From assembly GCA_039586365.1 (NCBI GenBank), contig JBDHKN010000014.1, positions 1-61,461 on the forward strand: a stretch of 61,461 nucleotides of DNA. The letters run 5' to 3'. The translations under genes and the position numbers were made by a program. Shown here in pieces: positions 8,529 to 18,362 of this stretch (the first letter of the stretch is position 1; each line of letters starts with the position of its first letter). This DNA is from Gemmatimonadota bacterium (GTDB taxonomy: Bacteria; Gemmatimonadota; Gemmatimonadetes; Gemmatimonadales; GWC2-71-9). A model generated the notes under the pieces. The model was not told the origin of the DNA, did no database searches, and saw only the letters and a list, made by a program, of their open reading frames with translations.

Positions 8529-11249
8529 TCATTCTCTTCTCAGGGCCTCCATCGGGTGGATTCCTGATGCTCTCCGCGCCGGGCCCAGGCTAGAAGTGAT
8601 AACCACGAAGAGCAGCAGCACTCCGGCGGAAAGGAAGGAGACGGGATCGACGGGGCTCAGCCCCAGGAACGTGGAGCGCAATGCCGCGGCCGTTCCGGCT
8701 GCCAAGAGGCCCCCTACCAACAACCCGGGCCCAGCCATCCGGAGGGCGTCCCCCAAGACGCCACGGATGACCACCCCCCGGGTGGCTCCCAGGGCAATTC
8801 GGAGGCCGATCTCACGGGTGCGATTGGTCACCCCAAGGGCCACGACCCCGTAGACGCCCATGGCAGAGAGGAGGAGGACCAGCAAGCCAAGACCCCCGGC
8901 AACTTGTCCGCCGGTCAGCTGCTCCTGGAAGGCAAGGGTCACCAGAGACTGGGCGGGAACCAGCCTTGGAATAGGTAGGCCGGCGTCCACCGACCGCAAG
9001 GCCTCACGAACTGGTCCAGCCAGTGCCACTGGATCGGTATCTGACCGGACCAAGATGATGAAAACAGGGCTGCTCGCCTGCCTTAGCGGAAAGAACACGT
9101 GGGGCAGATCTTCCGTTGCAGCACTCGACGCCACATGTCCTACTATCCCCACGACGGTCCAGGGGGTGTGGTTCTCGGCACCGGCCTGCCAGAACTGCCG
9201 ACCCAGAGCTTGCTCGCCCGGCCAAAGACGGTCTGCAAATGACCTGGTAATGACCGCCACTCGGGCGGACGTTCTGTCATCGGTTCGGAGGAGGGCTCTG
9301 CCTTGAAGGATGGGTGTGCCGATCGTGGAGAAGTACCCTTCCGTGGCAAGGGTGTAGTCCACACGCACCCCGGTTGAATCTGAGCTTGGCTGATCCGCCG
9401 GGCTGACGGAAAGATTGGCTCTCCATCGATCCAGGGGGAAACCGCTGGACAAGGCCACCGATGCTACGCCCGGACGAGACCCGATGGATTCTATCAGCTG
9501 GTCCAGTAGGGCCGTTCCGCCCTCTGCCATGCTCGGATAACCCTCTTCGGAAGGGTCCAGAAACCCAAGGAACGTCCCCCCGGTCCGGAAGTCGGTAACA
9601 GCCATACCTTCTGGTCTGAATCCGATTTGGCTCTCATCCGCATTTGTCAGGGAGCGGAGGAATAGGGCCGCCATCAGGAGTAGGAGAAAGGCCGCACCGG
9701 TCTGGGCAGATGCAGCGAACCGCTGGAACCTTCCCACCCGCCGCCCGCCTCCGCCGCTGTCGTCCTTCAGGGCTGAAACCAACTCTGGCCGGCTGAACCG
9801 AAGCGCAGGTAGCAGACCGAATGCCAGGGCCGCTACGAAGGAAAGGGCCAGGGACATTGCCAAAGTCCAGCCACTGGGTTCAAAGGTCGCGCCGGGAGCG
9901 GAGATGTTCAGGTCCATGGGGGAAACCCTGGTCATTGCTGTCATGGCCAGAACGGTCCCGACTCCCCAGCCAATCACTGACAAAAGCACCGCCTCTACCA
10001 TCAGATGTCTCACCAGGCGGACACGACTCGATCCCAAAGCCAGCCTCACTCCGATTTCCTGCTCCCTGGCGGCAGACCTGGCCAAGGCCATTCCGGCCAG
10101 GTTCCCGCAGATGATTAGAAGGAGAACGGCCAATAGCCCACAGATTCCGACTACGCCAACAAGGTCCCCGATCCGGTTCTGGGCTGGAAAGCGTCCAAAG
10201 CTGACAGCCTTGACCGTTCGGTCCCGGTTGGTCTCCGGGTACTCGGCCTCGAGGTTGGCGAACACCGCCTGAACCGCAGCCCGGGCTTCGGAGATTGTTG
10301 CACCCGGACGGAGCCTGCCCAACACCTGAACCGAGACGAGTCCCCTGTTCCTGAACACCGACTCATCGCCGCCCGCGTCCGGGTGCTGAAAGAGAGGCAC
10401 CCACATGTCCACGCTGTTCCTATTTACGCGCGCACCTATGAACTGCTCCGGCGCCACGCCAATCACCGTGTAGGGAATGCCGTCCAGCGGAAGGGACTGG
10501 CCCAGAATGTCGGAACGCCCACTCAGTTGGCCTTGCCAGAAGTCATGGCTCACCACCACCACCGGGTGTTGACCAGGGCCCCCATCCTCTGAGTCCAGAA
10601 ACCCCCTGCCCACAGTGGGAAGGGCTCCAAGAACATGGAAATATTCGGAAGTAGCATAAGCCACCCTGGCCCGCCTCCCCCCTTCTTCGGTACCGAAGGT
10701 GGCGTCCCTCTCGGCCCATGCGGTAAGGAACTCGAAAGGGGTGTCTGCATCTCTGACATTCTCGAAATCGGGATATGCCCAACTCCAGTAATCATGTCCC
10801 CTGATGACGGGAACCATGTCCACGATCCGGTCCTGGCCCGTCACACCCGGAACCGGGGCAAGCCATACGGCATGAATCGTCGTGAACAGCGCAGTGTTCA
10901 CCCCGATTCCCACGGCAAGCGAGAGGACTGCCACAATCGCGAAGCCTTTGGCTCTTCGCAGGCCCCTGAATGTGAATCGAACGTCCTGGAGGATCTCGGA
11001 GTAGAGCTCGCGGATGAACCGACGTCGCAGGCCTCCCTGGTCGATCTGGCGGCAGCGTTGGACCACCAACTCCGGGTCCCCGAATCGTCTCAGAGCCTCT
11101 TCCCGAGCCGCCTCAGCGGTTTTCCCCTCGGCAACCAACTGCCCCATCCTGGTTTCCAGGTGAAAATTGACCTCTTCATCCACGCTCCCCTCCAGATTCT
11201 TCCCGAACCGGTCCATGTGTATGGGCCTCTTCAGCCGTGGTCGTTTCAT
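8529..11249 (-). CDS. Duplicated MacB/FtsX orphan ABC permease (ADOP-like)
   Basis: Prefix EEVNFHLE...ARE.ALRRFG, two EIG(V/L)R.ALG motifs, ends PMEALRRE. Start set at ATG 11249, which overlaps the PadR stop (ATGA). Confidence 0.92.
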   Translation of the reverse strand: MKRPRLKRPIHMDRFGKNLEGSVDEEVNFHLETRMGQLVAEGKTAEAAREEALRRFGDPELVVQRCRQIDQGGLRRRFIRELYSEILQDVRFTFRGLRRAKGFAIVAVLSLAVGIGVNTALFTTIHAVWLAPVPGVTGQDRIVDMVPVIRGHDYWSWAYPDFENVRDADTPFEFLTAWAERDATFGTEEGGRRARVAYATSEYFHVLGALPTVGRGFLDSEDGGPGQHPVVVVSHDFWQGQLSGRSDILGQSLPLDGIPYTVIGVAPEQFIGARVNRNSVDMWVPLFQHPDAGGDESVFRNRGLVSVQVLGRLRPGATISEARAAVQAVFANLEAEYPETNRDRTVKAVSFGRFPAQNRIGDLVGVVGICGLLAVLLLIICGNLAGMALARSAAREQEIGVRLALGSSRVRLVRHLMVEAVLLSVIGWGVGTVLAMTAMTRVSPMDLNISAPGATFEPSGWTLAMSLALSFVAALAFGLLPALRFSRPELVSALKDDSGGGGRRVGRFQRFAASAQTGAAFLLLLMAALFLRSLTNADESQIGFRPEGMAVTDFRTGGTFLGFLDPSEEGYPSMAEGGTALLDQLIESIGSRPGVASVALSSGFPLDRWRANLSVSPADQPSSDSTGVRVDYTLATEGYFSTIGTPILQGRALLRTDDRTSARVAVITRSFADRLWPGEQALGRQFWQAGAENHTPWTVVGIVGHVASSAATEDLPHVFFPLRQASSPVFIILVRSDTDPVALAGPVREALRSVDAGLPIPRLVPAQSLVTLAFQEQLTGGQVAGGLGLLVLLLSAMGVYGVVALGVTNRTREIGLRIALGATRGVVIRGVLGDALRMAGPGLLVGGLLAAGTAAALRSTFLGLSPVDPVSFLSAGVLLLFVVITSSLGPARRASGIHPMEALRRE

Positions 11250-11596
11250 TTCACTTCCTGCATGGGGACCTCGAGGAGCGAGAGCATCGCCCGGGTGCTT
11301 GCGACCCAACACTCCAACTCACTGGACAGCGCGCGCTGTCCCTTCCGGGTTGTCTCATAGAACTTTGCCCGCTTCCCCTCCTCGGTCTTCCTCCACTCCC
11401 AGTCCACAAACCCTTTGGCCTGAAGACGATGGAGCGCTGGATAGAGGGAACCCTCCTCCACCCGAAACAACCCAGCCGACCGGGATCCGATATGATCGGC
11501 GATACCCACCCCGTGCATGGGCCCACAGAGTTCCAACGCTCTCAGAATCAACATCTCCAGCGTTCCATAGAGGTTTCCGGCTCGAATGGTGCCCAC
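11246..11596 (-). CDS. PadR family transcriptional regulator
   Basis: GTLEMLIL...HG..I...EEGSLYPALHRL...RAKFYETT; GTG start at 11596 after GGAGA. Confidence 0.92.
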   Translation of the reverse strand: MGTIRAGNLYGTLEMLILRALELCGPMHGVGIADHIGSRSAGLFRVEEGSLYPALHRLQAKGFVDWEWRKTEEGKRAKFYETTRKGQRALSSELECWVASTRAMLSLLEVPMQEVK

Positions 11597-11612
11597 CTTG
11601 AGTCTCCCGGGT

Positions 11613-11638
11613 ATAGATGGTCTATATAGACTGTCTAT
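11613..11638. promoter_or_regulatory. Tandem palindromic operator upstream of PadR
   Basis: ATAGATGGTCTAT directly followed by ATAGACTGTCTAT (ATAGA-N3-TCTAT twice), 17 nt before the start codon. Confidence 0.75.
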
Positions 11639-12098
11639 GTTGAATACGAGGCGGACCCTTCCGAAGTTTCGCGGTGTCGTCGAGGGGTGGTCGGTCATCC
11701 ACTTTGCATAGGGGCGAAGGAGACGCCATGTCGAGCGCCAGGGCTGAATCCATGCGGAAGGGCAACAAATACGTCTCCCCGATCACGCTAGTACAGCTGG
11801 AGTGCGCCCTGCGGTGTGCTTCGCGAAAGCCATCCCGAAGAGGCGGAGTCACTCTATGAGTTACCGCTGCTAGTGGTCAGTGACCTGCGGACGATGTGGC
11901 TAACCGAATATCCGCGTGAAGTTCTCTGGGATCTCAAAGAAGTGCTCCTAAGTGTGTCCAGGGTGCGTGCGTTTCCGAGTCTTCCAGCGCGTGCCTTTCC
12001 CAGTATTCCGATGTCGCCTTTGTGGCGGCGAGTTTCCCCTAGCGAGAGTGATAGAGCAGACAGTCACATGCCCGATGAGCCAATGCATGAGATTGGCC

Positions 12099-12230
12099 CT
12101 CGAAGCCGGCAAGATCACACCGATAATCGACAGTACCTACGCGCTGAGTGAGGCCCGCGAGGCTCTCCGGCACATGGTCGAGGAAGAACCCCAGGGAAAG
12201 GTGATCATCACCGCGGCAGAAGCTGCTTGA
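12099..12230 (+). pseudogene. C-terminal remnant of an NAD(P)-dependent alcohol dehydrogenase/quinone reductase (MDR)
   Basis: LEAGKITPIIDSTYALSEAREALRHMVEEEPQGKVIIT is a typical MDR C-terminus; no matching upstream coding sequence. Confidence 0.75.
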
Positions 12231-12360
12231 TATCAAACTTTGAAGTGCAACAACAGACCTTATCGAGCACAACATTCCTCCGGGGTGCGATAGCCGAGGC
12301 GTTTGCGCGGTCGGCGATGACGACACCACCGTCACCAGTGCAAAGACGAGGTGGATTTAG

Positions 12361-13146
12361 GTGCGTTTTCCCGAAGAGGTGACTCCACTACTTGCTGAGC
12401 TGCCGCACGCGCTCAAGCATCTTCTTGGCACGAACCTGGTGGGTTTCTATGTATACGGCTCCGTATTAGAGCCAACGTTTGACCCAGCGCGGAGCGACGT
12501 CGACTGCATTGCCGTGACGGAGCGGGCGTTGACCGATGTCGAGTATCGCCAACTCAATGACTGGTTGACCGAGACCGCTGCAGCCGATCCGTGGGTCAAG
12601 CGCCTGCAGCTGTCGTTCTTGAACAAGAGAAGCATTCTCTCCGAGGACCGGACGGCATGCCTCTATCAATTCGGGGTTCTAACACGCAGCGGCTCGGACG
12701 GAAATCCCCTCATCTGGATGGACTTGTTTCGGCGTGGCCGCACTCTCTTTGGCGCCGGGCCGGAGTCATTTGTTCCGGAAATCACGCCTGAGATCGTTCA
12801 CCAGGCACTGGTTCGAGAGGTTGGCTACCTGCGAGAGGAACTGAGCGGCAAGCCTGGTAGCGAATGGCGTGATAAGCTGTCCTATCGGATCTATGCTGTT
12901 CTCACACTCTGCAGGGTTCTCTACTCAGTGCGGACCGGCAAGGTTGCATCGAAGCAACGGGCTGCTCGCTGGGCACTCGACCATGTCCCAGCGGACTGGC
13001 ACGACCTGATCCATCGGGCATTAGAGATTGGTCAATCCGGTGGACTAGAAGGTCTCCCTGTCCCACGCCTATTTGCATTCATCGAGTATACGCACGCTCA
13101 GGTTCATTCCACGCCACCGGTTTCCCCAGATGTCGCTGACGTGTGA
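12361..13146 (+). CDS. Nucleotidyltransferase, AadA/ANT-like with DUF4111-type C-terminal domain
   Basis: GFYVYGS...SDVD motif; YAVLTLCRVLYS..TG.V.SK..AA.WA. Confidence 0.85.
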   Translation: MRFPEEVTPLLAELPHALKHLLGTNLVGFYVYGSVLEPTFDPARSDVDCIAVTERALTDVEYRQLNDWLTETAAADPWVKRLQLSFLNKRSILSEDRTACLYQFGVLTRSGSDGNPLIWMDLFRRGRTLFGAGPESFVPEITPEIVHQALVREVGYLREELSGKPGSEWRDKLSYRIYAVLTLCRVLYSVRTGKVASKQRAARWALDHVPADWHDLIHRALEIGQSGGLEGLPVPRLFAFIEYTHAQVHSTPPVSPDVADV

Positions 13147-13227
13147 GCAGCCTAACACGTCAAGCGGAATGGGGGTGTCCAACTGCAGCTCGGACAAGCA
13201 CGGCGCGGATTAGACGGCGCCCCAGCC

Positions 13228-13491
13228 TCAGCCGCCAGATAGCCGGTCGTCGTACTCGGCTCGTACGCGGGCCCGATCCTCTTTCCTGAGTGAATGCCAC
13301 CGCACGGCGTGAATCGCGCCTTCGAGAGCATACAGCAGATTGTAGCCGGTGTGGGCCCGTCCCCGCGTGATCCGTACAGCGGCCTCCACGCTGCCCAACT
13401 CGACCAACTGCTCCGCGCTCGTGATCCCCACTCTCTGCAATTCAGCAGCGAGTTTGTCGCCGATGTTGGGCAGAGCCGTCAGGTCAGTCAT
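13228..13491 (-). CDS. TfoX/Sxy C-terminal domain protein
   Basis: LPNIG..LA..L..VGI.S...L..LGSVEA...LLYALEGAI. Confidence 0.88.
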   Translation of the reverse strand: MTDLTALPNIGDKLAAELQRVGITSAEQLVELGSVEAAVRITRGRAHTGYNLLYALEGAIHAVRWHSLRKEDRARVRAEYDDRLSGG

Positions 13492-14168
13492 CGCCCCTCA
13501 CCGGTCACGGTTCGGGACGCATTAGCGATGAGCTGTATCCCGTATGGGACAAACGCAAACGCCAGCAGGATGGCTGCGGTCAAATTGATGATCTCAACAC
13601 CATCAGGAGTGCCCACCAGTAGAACACCAATCAAGAACAAGATGCTCTGCCAACGAGGTAGGGCCCGGCACTTGAGCAAAGCCATGGCCTGAATGGCAAA
13701 ACCGACTGGCAACAACAAAATGCCCCACAACAACACCAGCCAGCCTTCTTTCGAGAACATGGCCAACAAGCCGGGCATCATCTGCGCAAAATCACCATCA
13801 GGCAAGGTATCAAGAGCGCTCATAGTCAGGCACAACGCGCCCTTGTCAGCCGCAAGCATGAGAGCACCCAAGACAGCCAGCACGGCGCCCACAAAACCAG
13901 CCCAGGCAGCAGCATCGCGATCCAGCAGCTTCATGAAGTGGAGGGCGACCACCACGAGGAGAGCCGTATTCAGCGTGACCAATGCATGTCCGAATTGCAG
14001 CAATCCGTCATTGCGGGCTCTAAGGATGAGTTCCTCTGGACCAAGCAGGTGAGGATTCAGCAAACCAGGATGGACCGCAAAGGCGAAGATGAATACCAAC
14101 GGAAAGATGATGAAAGCCAGACCGGTGCCGATGCGTTTGGCTGGATTCAACACTCCATTCTCATTCAT
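13488..14168 (-). CDS. Hypothetical polytopic membrane protein
   Basis: About 6 hydrophobic helices; stop overlaps the start of the TfoX-domain gene. Confidence 0.8.
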   Translation of the reverse strand: MNENGVLNPAKRIGTGLAFIIFPLVFIFAFAVHPGLLNPHLLGPEELILRARNDGLLQFGHALVTLNTALLVVVALHFMKLLDRDAAAWAGFVGAVLAVLGALMLAADKGALCLTMSALDTLPDGDFAQMMPGLLAMFSKEGWLVLLWGILLLPVGFAIQAMALLKCRALPRWQSILFLIGVLLVGTPDGVEIINLTAAILLAFAFVPYGIQLIANASRTVTGEGR

Positions 14169-14183
14169 TCGATTCTTCCCTTT

Positions 14184-14618
14184 TCACTGGAGCGTATGAG
14201 GAGGCGCTCCCGCCTGCTCGATCGCTGCCACGAGCGCCTTGGCTTGCTTCCGATAGCGGCGCCGAATCTTGAGAGTGATGGCTCCGGGCCTCGCGCCAGG
14301 CATGCCTTGGAAGGCGTCCAAACGACGAGCCCGGAAAGCCATACGGGGCCACCACCAGCCGCCGTGCAGCCGTACCTCGGCGATCCAGCCCGCTTGCACC
14401 TCCAATGTCCCTATGGGTGAGTGATCTACGTCGGTGCCTATTCGCGAGAGCGACACCCGCTCCGTCCTTTCGATGGCGGACCACTCGAACTTGAGAGCGT
14501 CTGCTACCAGGTGAAGCAGGCCTTCGACCCGATAGCTGACGGACCGGATGCCACCGAAGTCGATGACGTCTTCGCCCTCCACCTGGATGCGGAACGGAAG
14601 CGGCTCAACGGGATGCAT
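14184..14618 (-). CDS. Hypothetical protein
   Basis: 144-aa ORF co-directional with and 16 nt from the next gene; protein-like composition. Confidence 0.65.
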   Translation of the reverse strand: MHPVEPLPFRIQVEGEDVIDFGGIRSVSYRVEGLLHLVADALKFEWSAIERTERVSLSRIGTDVDHSPIGTLEVQAGWIAEVRLHGGWWWPRMAFRARRLDAFQGMPGARPGAITLKIRRRYRKQAKALVAAIEQAGAPPHTLQ

Positions 14619-14916
14619 TGGCGCTAACGGTAACTCCTGTGACGCCGGGAGACTACTGCTCCAGATATGACATTCGGCCTGCCAGTAGCTGCTCTGCCTC
14701 TGCTACGGCACGCTCAGCACCTGCCCGTCGTAGAGCAGTCGCCTACGTAGCTGGGCGTAGCCGGCAGCGCCCACCCTATGACAGCTCCACCACCAGTTGC
14801 GAGATGTTACGCTCCCTGAGCGTCGCGTTGAACTCCGCCACAGCCGGTCTCACCATCTCCCTAGCCGCTCGTTCCCTCAGCCAATACCTTAGACCGGCCC
14901 CAGCCCAGGACCCTTC

Positions 14917-16017
14917 ATGACCGACCGGCTGAACCGCCTGATGACCACACTCGCCGACCTTTGTCGCGTCGCGCTCGTCCTCGCCGGGCTCCTCGTCGGT
15001 CCGGCGTTCCCCACGGCCACGGTCGCTCAGCAGCAGCAGCCGGCGCCACTCAAGGTCGTGCTGGATACCGACCTCGGATTCGCCAGCGACGATGCGATGG
15101 CGCTGCTCCTGCTGCTACAGTCCAGCAACGTGGATCTGCTCGGAGTCACCGTGGTGACCGGAAACGCTTGGCTGGAACAGGAAGTGGCCAATGCGCTGCG
15201 TCTGCTCGAGATCGCCGGCCGCGAAGAGATCCCGGTTCACGCCGGCGCCGCGGACCCTCTCGTGAACAGCATGGCAGAGATGAGGCTGCGGGAGTCCCTG
15301 TACGGTGAGACCAGCGAGGGCGGCTACAAGGGGGCGTGGAAAAGCGACGGTCCCGGGCGCGACGAGGTCCGCCCGCCCGACACCCGGTTTGCTCGGAGGC
15401 AAGCGGAGCCGCTCTCCGCCACCGAATTCCTCATCCGCACGATCCGCGACAACCCCGGAGAGGTGGTCGTCGCCGCCATCGGCCCGCTGACCAACGTTGC
15501 GCTAGCTGTAGCTGTGGATCCCGAAGTGGCTCGGTTGGCAAGGAAGCTGGTGGTCATGGGCGGTGGGATCGGTACCCGGCCTGAGTTCAACTTTTGGATG
15601 GATCCCGAAGCGGCGCGCATGGTGCTCCGTGCACCCTGGCCCGAGATCGTCCTCACGCCGCTCAACATCTGCCGGCAGGCACCGTTCACGCCGGAGGTGG
15701 CAGAGACAGTTGCTCGTGACGACTCCCCCATAGCCCGCTACTTCGCCGACACATTCGTGGCAGACCACTGGGCACCCGTAACCAGCCTCATGTACGACCA
15801 GATAGCTGTGCTGTCGCTGTTGGAACCCGATGTGGTGCTGCGCTCCGAAACCCTGTGGCTGGACGTCGAGATCGACCATGGCGCCTCGTATGGCACGACT
15901 CTGTCCTGGGATGCCCGGCTGGAACCACCGCCCGGCGCTAGACAGGTCAAGGTCCAGTTCGACCTCGACTATCCGCGCTTCGTCGAGCACTTTGTCGCGC
16001 TGATGGTGCAGCCATAG
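14917..16017 (+). CDS. Nucleoside hydrolase (IUNH family), probably exported
   Basis: DTDLG..SDDAMA, VTVVTGN, IGPLTNVA, MGGG, EFNFWMDPEAA; signal-like N-terminus ending TVA-QQ. Confidence 0.92.
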   Translation: MTDRLNRLMTTLADLCRVALVLAGLLVGPAFPTATVAQQQQPAPLKVVLDTDLGFASDDAMALLLLLQSSNVDLLGVTVVTGNAWLEQEVANALRLLEIAGREEIPVHAGAADPLVNSMAEMRLRESLYGETSEGGYKGAWKSDGPGRDEVRPPDTRFARRQAEPLSATEFLIRTIRDNPGEVVVAAIGPLTNVALAVAVDPEVARLARKLVVMGGGIGTRPEFNFWMDPEAARMVLRAPWPEIVLTPLNICRQAPFTPEVAETVARDDSPIARYFADTFVADHWAPVTSLMYDQIAVLSLLEPDVVLRSETLWLDVEIDHGASYGTTLSWDARLEPPPGARQVKVQFDLDYPRFVEHFVALMVQP

Positions 16018-16048
16018 CGCCGCAGATCACTGAGCTGGGAGAACCACC

Positions 16049-17047
16049 GTGGTCATAGTCGAGTCCTATCCGCTTGCGGTCCTCATGTGCTTCATCACGA
16101 TGCTGTGCTGGGGATCGTGGGCCAACACACAGAAACTGGCCAGCAAGGAATGGCGCTTCCAACTGTTCTACTGGGACTACGCCATCGGCGTGCTGCTGCT
16201 GTCGCTGATCTTCTCTCTCACGCTGGGCAGTTTCGGCTCCGCCGGCAGACCCTTTCTCGCCGACCTCGGCCAAGCCGACGGTAACGCGATTTGGTCCGCG
16301 CTACTCGGCGGGATCGTCTTCAACCTGTCGAACATCCTGCTGGTGGCGGCGATCGATATCGCGGGCATGGCGGTGGCATTTCCGATCGGCGTGGGCCTGG
16401 CACTGGTACTTGGTGTGGTCGTCAACTACATCAAGCTGCCCGTGGGTGATCCGGTGCTGCTGCTGGCGGGTGTAGCCGGTGTGGTGATCGCGATTCTCCT
16501 CGCTGCACTCGCATACCGGCGGCTCCCGACCGACAAGCAGACGACCACCAAGGGAATCGTGATCTCGATCGCGGCCGGCATATTGATGGGCTTCTTCTTC
16601 CGGTTCGTGGTGGCCTCCATGGCGACCGACTTCGCAAACCCCGCCGCGGGAAGGCTCACTCCATACACCGCCGTGTTCTTCTTCTCGGTGGGACTCCTGC
16701 TCAGCAACTTCGTGTGGAATTCGATCGTGATGCAGCGACCCTTCGTAGGCGACCCGGTGCCGTACGGCGACTACTTCACCAAGGGCAATGCCAAGCTCCA
16801 CTTGGTGGGCGTCCTCGGCGGCGTCATCTGGAACGTCGGGATGTCATTCAGTATCATCGCGTCGGGCACGGCAGGTCCTTCGATCTCGTACGGGCTGGGG
16901 CAAGGGGCGACCATGATAGCGGCCTTCTGGGGTGTGTTCGTCTGGAAGGAGTTCAAGCACGCCCCACCGCACACCGGTAGGTTGCTTACACTGATGTTCG
17001 TCTGCTACATCGTGGGTCTCGGTCTGATCGTGTACGCCGGAACGTGA
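16049..17047 (+). CDS. DMT-superfamily transporter (GRP sugar/ureide permease-like), putative ribose uptake
   Basis: About 10 TM helices; CWGSWANT, FYWDY, WGVFVWKEF; lies between hydrolase and ribokinase. Confidence 0.88.
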   Translation: MVIVESYPLAVLMCFITMLCWGSWANTQKLASKEWRFQLFYWDYAIGVLLLSLIFSLTLGSFGSAGRPFLADLGQADGNAIWSALLGGIVFNLSNILLVAAIDIAGMAVAFPIGVGLALVLGVVVNYIKLPVGDPVLLLAGVAGVVIAILLAALAYRRLPTDKQTTTKGIVISIAAGILMGFFFRFVVASMATDFANPAAGRLTPYTAVFFFSVGLLLSNFVWNSIVMQRPFVGDPVPYGDYFTKGNAKLHLVGVLGGVIWNVGMSFSIIASGTAGPSISYGLGQGATMIAAFWGVFVWKEFKHAPPHTGRLLTLMFVCYIVGLGLIVYAGT

Positions 17048-17078
17048 CGACACAGCGACAGCCCCAGAGGTTCTAGCA

Positions 17079-18017
17079 ATGGGAAACAAGGTCGTCGTAG
17101 TGGGCAGCTCCAACACCGACATGATCATCCAGCTCGATCGGATTCCGCAGCCCGGCGAGACGGTGATCGGGGGCGAGTTCTCTACTGCCGCCGGCGGCAA
17201 GGGTGCCAACCAAGCGGTAGCGGCAGCGCGCGCCGGCGCTGAAGTCACCTTCGTGGCGCGAGTGGGAGCCGACATGTTCGGTCGGCAGGCGGTGGAGCGG
17301 TTTGCGTCGGACCGCATCGATGTCAGCCATGTGCTGGAGGATTCCAGCGCACCGTCGGGCGTGGCCCTGATCTTCGTCGACCAACACGGAGAGAACAGCA
17401 TCGCGGTGGCGTCCGGTGCCAACGCTCGGCTCACACCCGCGGATGTACTGGCGGCGCGCGACGCGATCAGTTCCGCCGCCATCATGGTGATACAGCTGGA
17501 GACGCCGCTGGATACGGTGCGGGCGGCGGTGGAGCTAGCAGGGTCCCACGGCGTGCGGGTATTGCTAAACCCGGCGCCGGCCCAACTACTTGGTGCAGAG
17601 ATCCTGCGCCACGTTTCAGTTCTGACGCCCAATGAGACCGAGGCCGCGCTGCTTACGGGGATTGAGGTTTCGAGCGAAGCCGACGCCGCAGCTGCGGCGG
17701 AGAAACTGTCCTCCATGGGTGTCGCGGCGATCCTGATAACTCTGGGCGCCCGCGGGGCGTTCGTGTTCGACTCGGATCATCGGGAGCTGGTCGCGGGTTT
17801 CCCGGTAGAGGCTGTCGACACGACCGCGGCCGGCGACGTGTTCAACGGTGCGCTGGCCGTCGCCCTCGCAGACGGAAGCCCACTGGTCGAGGCAGTCCGC
17901 TTTGCCAACGCCGCCGCGGCGCTGTCCGTCACCAAGCTGGGTGCGCAACCCTCGGCACCGACCAGGGCGGAGATCGAGCGGTTGCTGCGCAGTCACGCCT
18001 GGCCGCGACCTGCGTAG
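17079..18017 (+). CDS. rbsK: Ribokinase
   Basis: VVGSSNTD, GGKGANQAVAAAR, NPAPA, PNETEA, DTTAAGDVFNG. Confidence 0.96.
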   Translation: MGNKVVVVGSSNTDMIIQLDRIPQPGETVIGGEFSTAAGGKGANQAVAAARAGAEVTFVARVGADMFGRQAVERFASDRIDVSHVLEDSSAPSGVALIFVDQHGENSIAVASGANARLTPADVLAARDAISSAAIMVIQLETPLDTVRAAVELAGSHGVRVLLNPAPAQLLGAEILRHVSVLTPNETEAALLTGIEVSSEADAAAAAEKLSSMGVAAILITLGARGAFVFDSDHRELVAGFPVEAVDTTAAGDVFNGALAVALADGSPLVEAVRFANAAAALSVTKLGAQPSAPTRAEIERLLRSHAWPRPA

Positions 18018-18094
18018 AGATGCCTCGCTTCCCCTGCTCATGGCGGTGACTAGACGCCACGAGACAGTGGCTCGTCAGCAGCCCTGTGGGTGGT

Positions 18095-18280
18095 CTATCG
18101 CTTTGGCGTGAACCGCACATCCGGTAGGTTCTCGCAGTCGGAGTCTTGAGTCCAGACCTGCGCCCCTTGATGCCGCGCAGTCGCAAAGACAACACTGTCT
18201 GCCAGAGGATACTGATACTCGATCCCGAACTTGGCAGCAGTCAATGCGATGCTTGCATTGAGATCGACAACGCGGCCCGG
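18095..18280 (-). pseudogene. C-terminal half of a VapC/PIN toxin
   Basis: GRVVDLNASIALTAA...PLADSVVFATAR..GAQVWTQDSD; N-terminal half and antitoxin missing. Confidence 0.78.
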
Positions 18281-18362
18281 CTCCCTCTGAAACCCCGCGG
18301 TATCCCGTTCCGTATATGAATTCAGATGTAGTATAAATTCCGCCACAGATCGGAGATCCCGA

